Below, one piece after another: positions 9,619 through 19,137 of a stretch of DNA of 64,000 nt (its first letter is position 1; each line of letters starts with the position of its first letter). The stretch is from Calditrichia bacterium. GTDB lineage: Bacteria; Calditrichota; Calditrichia; RBG-13-44-9; J075. The stretch spans positions 1 to 64,000 of the forward strand of contig JBOEGD010000030.1 of assembly GCA_050633245.1 (NCBI GenBank). The letters run 5' to 3'. The notes beneath the pieces were generated by a model. The model had not been told where the DNA came from. It was given only the letters and a program-made list of their open reading frames with translations, and searched no databases. The translations under genes were made by a program, and so were the position numbers.

Positions 9619-9954
9619 ATGCCAAAATCAAATGAGTTTGTTGACTATCTTTTAGATTTACTGGAACCGTTCGGAGCTGTTAGCGCCAAGTCGATGTTTG
9701 GTGGTTATGGTATCTATCGTGACGAGCTTATGTTTGGCCTGGTTGCCGATGATACGCTGTATTTAAAGGTGGATAAACAATCTATTCCAACTTTTGAGGC
9801 CGCGGGGAGTGAGCCCTTTGTTTATGTAAAGAATGGTAAGCCGATGCAGATGTCTTATTGGACATCCCCACCTGAAACACTTGAAAATCGAGATGACATG
9901 CTGCAATGGGCAGAACTTGCCTGGAACGCCGCGTTACGAGTTAAACGAAAATAA
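9619..9954 (+). CDS. TfoX/Sxy N-terminal domain protein
   Basis: KSMFGGYGIY, FGLVADDTLYLKVD, MSYW motifs; SD GGAGG. Confidence 0.9.
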   Translation: MPKSNEFVDYLLDLLEPFGAVSAKSMFGGYGIYRDELMFGLVADDTLYLKVDKQSIPTFEAAGSEPFVYVKNGKPMQMSYWTSPPETLENRDDMLQWAELAWNAALRVKRK

Positions 9955-10038
9955 ATCCGCGCCTGCTGAATACAACATCCGGAACAATACGCTTCTATAT
10001 AATATATATCTTTATGTACAGACAAACAGGAGAAAGCA

Positions 10039-12498
10039 ATGAACATATTTGCTGGTAGCTACGGCTACGCAACAAGTAGAGGGGGGATAATTGCAATACT
10101 CACACTTTTTGTCCTCACTTCCGGAATATTCGCAGACGAAAGTGGTAAGAAAACTGACTGGCCCGGCATGCGAGGGGAAAATAGCACCGGATCAGTTGAA
10201 GTAGGTGGAATTCTAAGCTCAGGCAAAAATGTTATGCTGAAGGAAGTTTGGAGACAACCACTTGGTTCTGGTTATTCTGCTATTTCGATTGCCCATAATC
10301 GCGCCGTCACAATGAATTCAGACAGTACATTTGATTATGTAACAGCTTTCGATGCCAAAAGCGGAAAGCCGCTGTGGAAATTTAACATCGACTCGACCTA
10401 CAAGGGACACGATGGATCTCACGATGGGCCGATCTCTACGCCTTATGTTGAGAAAAAAATGGTTTACGCGCTCGCTCCGCGTGGACGATTAGTTGCCCTG
10501 GATGCCAAATCCGGCAAGTTGAAGTGGGAAAAAAATGTTGCTACAGATTTGGGTGGTGAAAAGCCATGGTATGGTTTTTCCAGCTCTCCTATTGTTTATA
10601 AAGACATGTTGATTTTGGAAACCGGAGGTAAGGACGGTAATGCCGTAACGGCTTTTAACAAGAAGTCGGGCGAGATAGTTTGGACAGCCGGCACGGATAC
10701 CGTCACCTATCAGTCACCAATGATCGTTGACTATAACGACTCTCCAATTGTTCTGGCCACGGCTGATCATCGTCTTACCGGAATCAATCCAGATAATGGA
10801 GATATTGTTTGGGAAACACGTTACGGAGGTGATGGTTCTCCAATTGGCAGCGGGGCAACATTACCTGTAGCGATTGGCAAAAACACCTACATGCTCACGC
10901 ATACTCGTAATGAGTCTGTTGCACTAAAAATACGCCCAACGGAAGCTGGTGTAGATACCGCAGTTCTCTGGACGAATCGCAATGTACGCGGCACCTATAA
11001 TATCCCGGTTTATCATGAAGGACACTTGTACGGCTTTAGCAGTCGCTTTCTCACCTGTATCGATGCTAAAACCGGTGAGGCAAAATGGAAATCACGTAAG
11101 CCCGGCGATGGGTTTACAACAATTGTTGATGGTCACCTGATCATTGCAACGAAAAAAGGATCCGTTCATATTGGCAAAGCCAGTGCAGATGGCTTCACCG
11201 AATTGACCAGCATTAAGCCGTTCAACAACGATGCATGGTATCCGGCAAGCTTTGCCAATGGGAAGATCTACGTGCGCAGCATGCAGGAAATCGCCTGTCT
11301 TGAAATCGTTGAGGCAAAATCCAATGACAAGATGATGGCTACTGATGCCATGATACAAGACTCGGAATTTGGAAAGTTTATCGCAGGGCTCAGCAAAGCT
11401 GATAATAAGAGCGCTATGATTGACGCCTTTATCGCTAAGCAGAAATCCTTTCCGATTGTTGAAAAAGACAAAGTTCACTTTATCTATCGCGGCGAAGCAG
11501 AGGACGTTGCTGTTACCGGTGATCTGTTTGGAGGCAGAAATGAAGTTCCGATGCAGCGTGTTGTGGGAACAGATCTTTTCTATCGCACCAGCCCACTCGA
11601 ATCGAATGCACGCCTGGAATACGGTTATACATTGAACTTTGAGAAGCAGGTTGGCGATACGCTAAACGCTGCTCGTACAATCGCAACGCCACGTGGTCCA
11701 ACCTCCTGGTTTTCGATGCCCAACTGGAAAGAGCCGGCACATTTGGCTGCATTGGCAATGGCTGATACCGGATCTGTAGATACAATGCGATTTGAAGCAA
11801 CGGTCCCCGATACCGCAGAAGGCTGGACGACAAACCGCAGAGTTGATGTTTACCTGCCGAATGGATACGCAACATCTGACATGCGCTACCCGGTTGTGTA
11901 TGTGCATGATGGGGAAGCTGCTTTGAAACAAGGGATGCTAAAGCGCTCTTTAGATAACTTGATCGCTAAGAAGCAGATTGATCCGGTAATAGCAGTGTTT
12001 ATTTATCAGGGCGGAGAACGACCAAATCAGGAATACGGTCCGGGATTCATGGACAAATATGCAACGCTGCTTGCTGAGCATCTTGTTCCTCATATCGACA
12101 AAACGTATCGCACAGTAGCAAAGCCCGAGGCACGGTTAAGCTATAGCAACGGATTTTCAACCTCCGGTGGGCTTTATACGACGTTTAAAAATCCGCAGGT
12201 TTTTGGTAACCTGTCTATGCAGTCTGCATTTATCATGACCTATATTCAGGATGAGATGTTGCCGGTTGTGAAGAAGCAGGACGAGCATAAGGTGAAGATG
12301 TACGTAGATTGGGGTAAGTACGATCTGCGCGGCGCACAGGAACAGTGGAATACTAAACTCTTTACCAAACGAGTTTTAGACCACCTTGCTAATAAAGGCT
12401 ACACCAATGTTGCTACCAGTGAGCACCCGACCGGCTTTGGCTGGGGAAGCTGGCGCAACCGAAGTGACATGGTGCTGAAGCACTTCTTTGCGAGATAA
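10039..12498 (+). CDS. Secreted fusion: PQQ-like beta-propeller + Ig/CBM48-like domain + enterochelin esterase-like alpha/beta fold
   Basis: DWPGMRG, SSSPIV, DAKTGEAKW propeller repeats; VAVTGDL; RRVDVYLPNGY..RYPVVYVHDG. Confidence 0.8.
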   Translation: MNIFAGSYGYATSRGGIIAILTLFVLTSGIFADESGKKTDWPGMRGENSTGSVEVGGILSSGKNVMLKEVWRQPLGSGYSAISIAHNRAVTMNSDSTFDYVTAFDAKSGKPLWKFNIDSTYKGHDGSHDGPISTPYVEKKMVYALAPRGRLVALDAKSGKLKWEKNVATDLGGEKPWYGFSSSPIVYKDMLILETGGKDGNAVTAFNKKSGEIVWTAGTDTVTYQSPMIVDYNDSPIVLATADHRLTGINPDNGDIVWETRYGGDGSPIGSGATLPVAIGKNTYMLTHTRNESVALKIRPTEAGVDTAVLWTNRNVRGTYNIPVYHEGHLYGFSSRFLTCIDAKTGEAKWKSRKPGDGFTTIVDGHLIIATKKGSVHIGKASADGFTELTSIKPFNNDAWYPASFANGKIYVRSMQEIACLEIVEAKSNDKMMATDAMIQDSEFGKFIAGLSKADNKSAMIDAFIAKQKSFPIVEKDKVHFIYRGEAEDVAVTGDLFGGRNEVPMQRVVGTDLFYRTSPLESNARLEYGYTLNFEKQVGDTLNAARTIATPRGPTSWFSMPNWKEPAHLAALAMADTGSVDTMRFEATVPDTAEGWTTNRRVDVYLPNGYATSDMRYPVVYVHDGEAALKQGMLKRSLDNLIAKKQIDPVIAVFIYQGGERPNQEYGPGFMDKYATLLAEHLVPHIDKTYRTVAKPEARLSYSNGFSTSGGLYTTFKNPQVFGNLSMQSAFIMTYIQDEMLPVVKKQDEHKVKMYVDWGKYDLRGAQEQWNTKLFTKRVLDHLANKGYTNVATSEHPTGFGWGSWRNRSDMVLKHFFAR

Positions 12499-12507
12499 AT
12501 TCTTTGT

Positions 12508-12539
12508 CCGGAGCAGCTTAAGCTGCTCCGGTTTTTTTT
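12508..12539 (+). terminator. Rho-independent terminator
   Basis: CCGGAGCAGC-TTAA-GCTGCTCCGG followed by T8, 9 nt after the stop codon. Confidence 0.85.
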
Positions 12540-12599
12540 ACGTATTACCTAGATTTATTATCGAGATGGAATTTTATTAAAAATTCAAAATTTCGACGT

Positions 12600-12639
12600 T
12601 TTTTTAGAATAAAGACTGCTCCATTCTGACAATGCTCCA
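12600..12639 (-). repeat. Modular repeat element, locus 2 (core 12614-12639)
   Basis: Reverse complement is TGGAGCATTGTCAGAATGGAGCAGTCTTTATTCTAAAAAA, matching 5933-5972. Confidence 0.92.
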
Positions 12640-12655
12640 GTTCTCTCTAAAAAAG

Positions 12656-13462
12656 CTACAACCAAATCCGCTTCTCCCGAACAAATTCTCGCACCACTTT
12701 ACCCCAAACCTGAAACGTCAATGCAGATGGATGAATTCTATCGCTAAAAAAGGCCTCTGCTGAATCCAAGCCATCTACATAAGCATACCAGTCTTTTAAC
12801 ACGATTCGCTTTTGCATATAGTAGACGTTTTCAAAAGATAGAGGAATTGCGCGAGCAGCGTAGGCATGCAAACGCACTAATCCACCCAGCATCCAGCACA
12901 ACGGCCTGGGAAAAGCAGGAAATTCACCCACCGGTGGCAAATTGGCAATAAGTATCGGACAACTTGACTGCCTAAGACGGACATTCGCAATCAGCTTACG
13001 AAAGTCACTTACCCACTTTTGGGGGCTGTTTAGCTTAAATGTATCGTTGCCGCCCATACCGATAATTATTAAATCCAAGGGCTCAGCCTGGATTTGCGGC
13101 GAAAAAGCATCATCCAGCTTTTCAACGGTATACCCGCTTGCCGCTAAGACTTTCCAACAAATGGGTCTTTTATATTCAGCATTTAGCTGCTTAACAATTT
13201 GCCCAGTAAATGTTTGCCCCTGGGTATGAATTCCAACACCGGCGACATGAGATTCGCCGAGGGCTAATAGAGTAAGTTGGTTTTCCCCCTCACCCAAAAC
13301 ACCCTCGCGCTTACCAGGTGCTTCCGGTAGACGTGGCGCGGTCCGCTTTACATATCTTCCCTGCAAAATCAATATGGGCAAAAAGGGTATGCAAAAAATG
13401 GCACCCAGAATATAAAGCAGCTGTGGGATCAGTAAATATTTTCTCAAATGAATATTCTCCAC
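12656..13462 (-). CDS. SGNH/GDSL hydrolase
   Basis: LGESHVAGVG block I, GMGGND block III, DRIHPS block V; N-terminal TM. Confidence 0.9.
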   Translation of the reverse strand: MENIHLRKYLLIPQLLYILGAIFCIPFLPILILQGRYVKRTAPRLPEAPGKREGVLGEGENQLTLLALGESHVAGVGIHTQGQTFTGQIVKQLNAEYKRPICWKVLAASGYTVEKLDDAFSPQIQAEPLDLIIIGMGGNDTFKLNSPQKWVSDFRKLIANVRLRQSSCPILIANLPPVGEFPAFPRPLCWMLGGLVRLHAYAARAIPLSFENVYYMQKRIVLKDWYAYVDGLDSAEAFFSDRIHPSALTFQVWGKVVREFVREKRIWL

Positions 13463-13587
13463 ATGGGTTTGTTGACAAAAGCGCTAATAAAAACGCTGAT
13501 ATTTCCTAAGAACACGTTAAAAATTACAGTCGGATTAAAAATTTTACCTTATTATTATAATACAAAGTAGTAGTACGAACTAAAAAC

Positions 13588-13615
13588 ACTGCTCCATTCT
13601 GACAATGCTCCAGTT
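13588..13615 (-). repeat. Modular repeat element, locus 3
   Basis: ACTGCTCCATTCTGACAATGCTCCAGTT, identical to 12615-12642. Confidence 0.9.
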
Positions 13616-13646
13616 GGTGGGCTGCTCAGTTGATTTTGGGAAAGCA

Positions 13647-14165
13647 ATGACAAAGAACGAACTCAGAGAAAACCTGACTGGTGGAGACCGACGCTCCGTG
13701 GGAGATGCCACACTTGTCGCCGAGGCAATTCTAAGGCATCCGGATAGTGCTAAAACGGTTGTGAGTTTTCTTTGGGAAGATGATGCTATTTTGCGCTCGC
13801 GTGCCGCCCATGCGTTAAAAACGACAACTCTGAATAATCCCCTGATCATTCAGCCATTTAAAAAAGAACTGATTCAAAAAATGAGTCCAATTGAACAATG
13901 GGAAGTTCGAGAGCAATTCTGTATAATTATTACCAAACTTGATCTGGAAAAGACCGAATACAAGAAGCTGATAGCCATTTTCCAAAACTATCTTTCAGAC
14001 AAAAGCAGCATTGTTCGTACCTGCGCAATGCAGGGAATGGCAGATCTCGCAGAGTCAAGTGAATCGATTAAGACAATGGTTCTGCCGATACTTATAGAAT
14101 TAACAGAAACCGGGTCCGCCGCAATGCGCGCCCGCGGCCGAAAGCTGCTAAATAAACTAAAGTAA
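13647..14165 (+). CDS. HEAT/armadillo repeat-like hypothetical protein
   Basis: GGDRRSVG, QWEVRE, DKSSIVRTCAMQGMADL, GSAAMRARGRK. The ORF-track start lies inside the repeat, so ATG 13647 is preferred. Confidence 0.7.
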   Translation: MTKNELRENLTGGDRRSVGDATLVAEAILRHPDSAKTVVSFLWEDDAILRSRAAHALKTTTLNNPLIIQPFKKELIQKMSPIEQWEVREQFCIIITKLDLEKTEYKKLIAIFQNYLSDKSSIVRTCAMQGMADLAESSESIKTMVLPILIELTETGSAAMRARGRKLLNKLK

Positions 14166-14194
14166 CTTATTCCCTATAACCGGAGCCTTACCGG

Positions 14195-16132
14195 ATGCAC
14201 TCCCCCTCCCCCAACTTTGCCTTTGTGGCAATCGTAAGTCTATTGTTTCAGCTAAATTTGACGGCCCAGGTAAGCTTCTCATCTTCGAATTTGCCAATCG
14301 TCGTTATTGACACAAATGGACAAGATATTGTAGATGATCCCAAGATTGATGCCATGATGGGCATTATCGACAATGGAAATGGAACACGAAACAATCTAGG
14401 CGATCCGTTTAATGATTATGACGGGCATATAGGAATCGAGATTCGCGGCTCCAGTTCTCAAAGCTTTCCCAAAAAGCAATATGGCTTTGAAACGCGTGAC
14501 GAGCTCGGAGAAAACAATAACGTTTCGCTGCTGGGAATGCCGGAAGAGAACGATTGGATACTATATGCTCCTTACAGTGATAAATCTCTTCTACGAAATG
14601 TGCTAGCCTATTATTTGTCAAATAAAATGGGACATTACGCCACCCGTACCCGTTTCTGTGAAGTTGTTATCAATGGTTTCTATGTCGGCGTATATGTGCT
14701 AATGGAAAAGATTAAGCGCGACGATGGACGGGTAGACATTAAGAAGCTCGATGAGAATGATATTTCCGGTGATGATCTGACCGGCGGATATATCCTAAAA
14801 GTAGATAAGACAACCGGTAGTGGTGGAGATGGCTTTACCTCGCCATACCCTCCATATCCTGGTGCGTGGCAGGAGATTACTTATCAATATCATCACCCGG
14901 GTGGTGACGACCTGCTGAATGTTCAGAAGAACTATATACGCGATTTCATACTGGGGTTTGAAGGGCGAATGTTTGCACCAGAGTTTAATACACCCTTCGA
15001 TGGTTATTACGACCTGGTAGATATGGATGCCCTCGTAGACTACTTTCTTCTCAATGAGTACAGTAAAAATGTAGATGGGTATCGCATCAGTTCCTTTCTA
15101 TACAAAGATCGAGACAGTGTCGATGGAAGCCTGGTTGTGGGTCCGGCATGGGATTACAATTTGGGGTTTGGCAATGCAGATTATTACAGCGGCGCAAATC
15201 CAGAGGGCTGGCAGCTTCTGGTTTCTATCAATAATGATGGTTCTCAGGTACCATTCTGGTGGAAGCGGCTATTGCAGGATCCGATATTTATGAATCGTGC
15301 TCGCTGTCGGTTCCAGAGTTTAAGAAACGGACTGATGCACCCGGACAGTATTGCCACATGGGTTGATGGCTATGCTGCATTACTGGATGAATCGCGACAA
15401 CGCAATTTTCAAAGATGGCAAATATTAGGGCAGTACGTCTGGCCAAACGCATTTGTAGGTAATACCTACCAAGAAGAACTTGACTACTTTAAAAACTGGA
15501 TAAGCAATCGGCATAGCTGGATGTGGACTGCACTGTCTCCACCATGTGTGGATATAGCATGGGAATCAGGACAAAACTTCGATGCGTTATCAAATAGCAT
15601 GAGCATTCCGCTTAGCAGCATTTTTAGCAGTTCAACAGGTGAAGACAGCATTCGCTTTGTAAGTGAAGATAATCATTTGCTTTTCCAGCTAGGTGAAGAC
15701 TCTCTGCAAATTACCGGGCCAGCTGCAGGTGAATTTCGCTTCAAAGCCATTGCTTACCTTGTAGGAACAGCTCTTGATTATTCACCAGCGCATGTTTTTC
15801 GAACCGGCATAACCGGATTGGAGCCATCCACTGTCAAAGCCAAAAGCTTTGCTTTAGCGCAGAATTATCCGAATCCGTTCAATGGAGTAACCCGAATTCC
15901 GTTTCGTCTGTATAAACCAGCCCAGGTGAAACTGGAGGTCTTTACTCTCGACGGCGTTAAGGTAGCAATCTTGCAAAATCAATTTATGAATGCGGGCAAC
16001 CATGAGTCGGTATGGACTGGAACGACAGTGAAAGGCCAGGCTGCGGCAAGCGGAATCTATCTTTACCGCTTAACACTTCAACAATCAGGCAAAAGTTTTT
16101 CGGAAAGTAAAAAGCTGCTGTATATAAAATAA
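14195..16132 (+). CDS. CotH kinase family secreted protein with C-terminal FlgD/T9SS-like domain
   Basis: IRGSSSQ.FPKK, DWILYA, Y.GVYVLMEKIK, GPAWDYNLGFGN; QNYPNPFN..ASGIYLYRL. Confidence 0.9.
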   Translation: MHSPSPNFAFVAIVSLLFQLNLTAQVSFSSSNLPIVVIDTNGQDIVDDPKIDAMMGIIDNGNGTRNNLGDPFNDYDGHIGIEIRGSSSQSFPKKQYGFETRDELGENNNVSLLGMPEENDWILYAPYSDKSLLRNVLAYYLSNKMGHYATRTRFCEVVINGFYVGVYVLMEKIKRDDGRVDIKKLDENDISGDDLTGGYILKVDKTTGSGGDGFTSPYPPYPGAWQEITYQYHHPGGDDLLNVQKNYIRDFILGFEGRMFAPEFNTPFDGYYDLVDMDALVDYFLLNEYSKNVDGYRISSFLYKDRDSVDGSLVVGPAWDYNLGFGNADYYSGANPEGWQLLVSINNDGSQVPFWWKRLLQDPIFMNRARCRFQSLRNGLMHPDSIATWVDGYAALLDESRQRNFQRWQILGQYVWPNAFVGNTYQEELDYFKNWISNRHSWMWTALSPPCVDIAWESGQNFDALSNSMSIPLSSIFSSSTGEDSIRFVSEDNHLLFQLGEDSLQITGPAAGEFRFKAIAYLVGTALDYSPAHVFRTGITGLEPSTVKAKSFALAQNYPNPFNGVTRIPFRLYKPAQVKLEVFTLDGVKVAILQNQFMNAGNHESVWTGTTVKGQAAASGIYLYRLTLQQSGKSFSESKKLLYIK

Positions 16133-16137
16133 GGCAG

Positions 16138-17250
16138 CTAAACAGACTGGCGCGCTTTGCGTAAAAAGCGCTCGTAATATGTAGAGAGAAGAAAGGTAAT
16201 AGGCAAAGCAATAATCAACCCTAAAATGCCCAGGAGCTTGCCCCATACAGACAGGGACAAAAGAATAACCGCCGGGTTCATTCCCGTAACATCCCCCATA
16301 ATGCGCGGCACTAAAAAGCCATCCTGAAACGCCTGAACAATAACGAAAACCAATAAAACCAGCCCCATCATAAACCAGAAGCTCGTTTCGGTTTGCAACG
16401 AGTGCATCAGTGCAAAGAATGCAGCAGGAAGAATTCCAAGTGTTTGAAGATATGGTACCATATTCAGCAGACCAATAAACAGTCCCAGAAGAATGCCCAT
16501 CGGCAAACCTATTATGCCAAAGCCGATGGCAAACAGCACACCGACTATTGAAGCAACGACTGCCTGAGCGCGAAAATAGCGACTCATTGCTTTACTGAAA
16601 TCATCAACAAAACCCACTATTTGATCGCTGTATTTTGGATGGATAAGCTTCTTCCAGCCATACGCAACCTCATCATAATCGATCAAAATAAACACCAGAT
16701 AAAGCAGGACAATTGCCAGCCCAATAATGCTGATAACAATATTCAATGTACCGGAGAAAATGTCCCAAATACCCGGAAATACTCTTTGAATCAGAATATT
16801 TCCGGCGCTGGTAAGGTTTTCCGCATTAAAGAAATCGCGCACATCATCTCGAACAGCAAAGTCTTTTATATATTGCCATATATCATCAGGTAAGTACTGC
16901 AACGCTCGCTCATCTAAATCCGTTCGTTCTAATAACCCGGTTAACAAGGTTCGCATTTGGGAGAATTGGGCCATAATCAGCGGAATAATCAAACCCACAA
17001 TCCCGGTTATTGCGCTAAAGACGGTTAATAAACTAACAACGACCGCCACGCCACGACGTTTAAGCCAGGCATACTTCTGCATAAACTTTACGAGCGGGTT
17101 AATCAGATATGCCAGTAGTAATGCAACGGCAAAGGGAATTAACACGTCTTGTAAATAGGCAATCAACAAAAGGCCAACCACAAGTGCAACTGCTCCGAGC
17201 ACCAACCGTACAACCCGGTCGAGCGTGTACTCTTCTTGGTCAAAAAACAT
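16138..17250 (-). CDS. AI-2E family transporter
   Basis: LLAYLINPLV, YFRAQ, NMVPYLQ, PRIMG..GMNP..WGKLLGILG. Confidence 0.9.
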   Translation of the reverse strand: MFFDQEEYTLDRVVRLVLGAVALVVGLLLIAYLQDVLIPFAVALLLAYLINPLVKFMQKYAWLKRRGVAVVVSLLTVFSAITGIVGLIIPLIMAQFSQMRTLLTGLLERTDLDERALQYLPDDIWQYIKDFAVRDDVRDFFNAENLTSAGNILIQRVFPGIWDIFSGTLNIVISIIGLAIVLLYLVFILIDYDEVAYGWKKLIHPKYSDQIVGFVDDFSKAMSRYFRAQAVVASIVGVLFAIGFGIIGLPMGILLGLFIGLLNMVPYLQTLGILPAAFFALMHSLQTETSFWFMMGLVLLVFVIVQAFQDGFLVPRIMGDVTGMNPAVILLSLSVWGKLLGILGLIIALPITFLLSTYYERFLRKARQSV

Positions 17251-17270
17251 AGAGCCTCTTCAGCGAGTGA

Positions 17271-17726
17271 TTAGTGATACAAGTTACGACTTATCGGTTC
17301 ATTCATGCCTGCCGGAGTCAGCAAACCGGTCTTTGCGCCATGCTGAAGGCGTTCCTTCAGCTTTCCAGACCAGGTTTTTTGAACAGCTGTTCCATATTTA
17401 TTAACTGCCATCTGCTGAATTTCTTCATCTAATAAGTTAATCAGAAAGAAGTTCGGTTTTTCATCTGAAATATACTTTAAAGCAATCTGCTCTTTCTGCG
17501 GGTTTTCAGAGATAATCTTTAGCGCTTCTATAGCCAAGCTTTCTATTCGCGGTGAACCCACAGCCTCAACCTCAACCTCAACAACCCAATAATCAGGCGG
17601 CGCAGAAAGCACAACCCCAGATGGTTCGGAAGCTCCATCTGTTTTCACTTCAACAGTAAGATACGTCCATGCCACAAGTAGAAACGTCGCGGAGGCAAAC
17701 ATCAAAATAAAGATATTTCTCGACAT
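17271..17726 (-). CDS. Hypothetical protein with N-terminal membrane anchor
   Basis: 151-aa ORF in operon context, SD AAGGA. Confidence 0.65.
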   Translation of the reverse strand: MSRNIFILMFASATFLLVAWTYLTVEVKTDGASEPSGVVLSAPPDYWVVEVEVEAVGSPRIESLAIEALKIISENPQKEQIALKYISDEKPNFFLINLLDEEIQQMAVNKYGTAVQKTWSGKLKERLQHGAKTGLLTPAGMNEPISRNLYH

Positions 17727-17734
17727 AGTATCCT

Positions 17735-18394
17735 TTATGAGTCGACTATTTTAAGCGCGTTAAAAAAGGCTTGTAATTTCCGCGGGTGCAGCTTATCCTT
17801 TTCGCGAACGCCACTGCACAAATCCAAACCAAATGGCCGAACCGAGCGCACGGCTTCGACAACGTTAGCGGCTTTTAATCCACCGGCTAAATATACCGGT
17901 GCATCTGCCTCTTCCACAATCCTTCGACTCAACCGCCAATCATGCGTGCGTCCCGTACCACCTAACTCTTTTACAGAAAGTGATTGATTGCCAGAGTCTA
18001 AGAGAATGGCATCAACATGATTTGCAAGGTTACGCGCTTCCTCTACGGAAGATTCATCAACAACGTGAACAACCTGCACAATGCCAATCCCCGGAAGCGC
18101 TTTTTTTAGCTCTACATGCGTCCCATCGAGCAAGTGATCGCAGATTTGAATCGTATTGGTTCCACAATTGCGCTGTTGCTCAACGATTTCTGCCACGCTC
18201 TGCTTACTCGTCAGTAAAAACGTTGCGATTCCGGGAGGAACCCTTGCAGAAATTTCAGCAACTCTTTCATCTGAAATCACACCCGGCCCACTCGGCATAG
18301 AGGAAACCAGTCCTAGCGCAGAAGCCCCGGCAGCAATGGCCATTTTCGCTTCTTCAACGCTCTTGATACAACAAATTTTTACACGTGGGTTCAT
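17735..18394 (-). CDS. trpF: Phosphoribosylanthranilate isomerase family protein (orphan TrpF-like)
   Basis: RVKICCI, LLDSG, GGTGRTHDW, YLAGGL, GLDLCSGV; start at ATG 18394. Confidence 0.85.
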   Translation of the reverse strand: MNPRVKICCIKSVEEAKMAIAAGASALGLVSSMPSGPGVISDERVAEISARVPPGIATFLLTSKQSVAEIVEQQRNCGTNTIQICDHLLDGTHVELKKALPGIGIVQVVHVVDESSVEEARNLANHVDAILLDSGNQSLSVKELGGTGRTHDWRLSRRIVEEADAPVYLAGGLKAANVVEAVRSVRPFGLDLCSGVREKDKLHPRKLQAFFNALKIVDS

Positions 18395-18523
18395 GCTTTG
18401 ATTATACGACATAACGTTGTGTTTTTCCACTTCTTCTTTCCATGCTGGATTTTAAAAGCAGTAATGATTATTATGAGGTTGCCCCCAACACCATCATATT
18501 TTTTGCCTCTGAAAGGAGTATAC

Positions 18524-19135
18524 ATGGCCATAATTCGAACTATTGAAGAGCTGGAGTCTATGTATAATCGCCCCGGCACTCGCGCGGTACAGAAAAGCTT
18601 GACCTCAATGGATAAACACTGTAAACGCTTTATTGAATTGTCACCATTTGTGCTGCTCTCATCATCATCCCAAAATGGCGATATGGACTGCTCACCTCGT
18701 GGGGGCGAACCGGGTTTTATTAAGGTGTTTGATGATCGAACACTGTTAATTCCCGATCGACCGGGTAACAATCGTTTGGATAGTTTGCACAACCTAATTG
18801 AGACAAAAAAAATTGGCCTGTTATTCCTTATCCCGGGAGTAGACGAGACCTTGCGTATTAACGGCATCGCCGAGCTTTCTACCGACCCCGAGCTATTAAA
18901 CTTATGTGTTGAGCAGGAAAAGCAACCAAAATTAGTTGTAAGCGTATCAGTAGAGGAAGCATTTCTTCATTGTGCCAAGGCTCTGATGAGGTCCGGACTT
19001 TGGTCGGACGAAAGCCGCGTAAACAGAAATATTATGCCTACCATGGGGAAAATGCTCAAAGAACAACTTCAATCCGCGACGCCTGAAGAAACACAGGAAG
19101 AAATGCTTGAGCGATATAAAAAATCGCTTTACTGA
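18524..19135 (+). CDS. Pyridoxamine 5'-phosphate oxidase-like FMN-binding protein (MSMEG_1061-like)
   Basis: DCSPRGGEPGF, PDRPGNNRLDSL, HCAKALMRSGLW; SD AGGAG before ATG 18524. Confidence 0.88.
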   Translation: MAIIRTIEELESMYNRPGTRAVQKSLTSMDKHCKRFIELSPFVLLSSSSQNGDMDCSPRGGEPGFIKVFDDRTLLIPDRPGNNRLDSLHNLIETKKIGLLFLIPGVDETLRINGIAELSTDPELLNLCVEQEKQPKLVVSVSVEEAFLHCAKALMRSGLWSDESRVNRNIMPTMGKMLKEQLQSATPEETQEEMLERYKKSLY

Positions 19136-19137
19136 TA

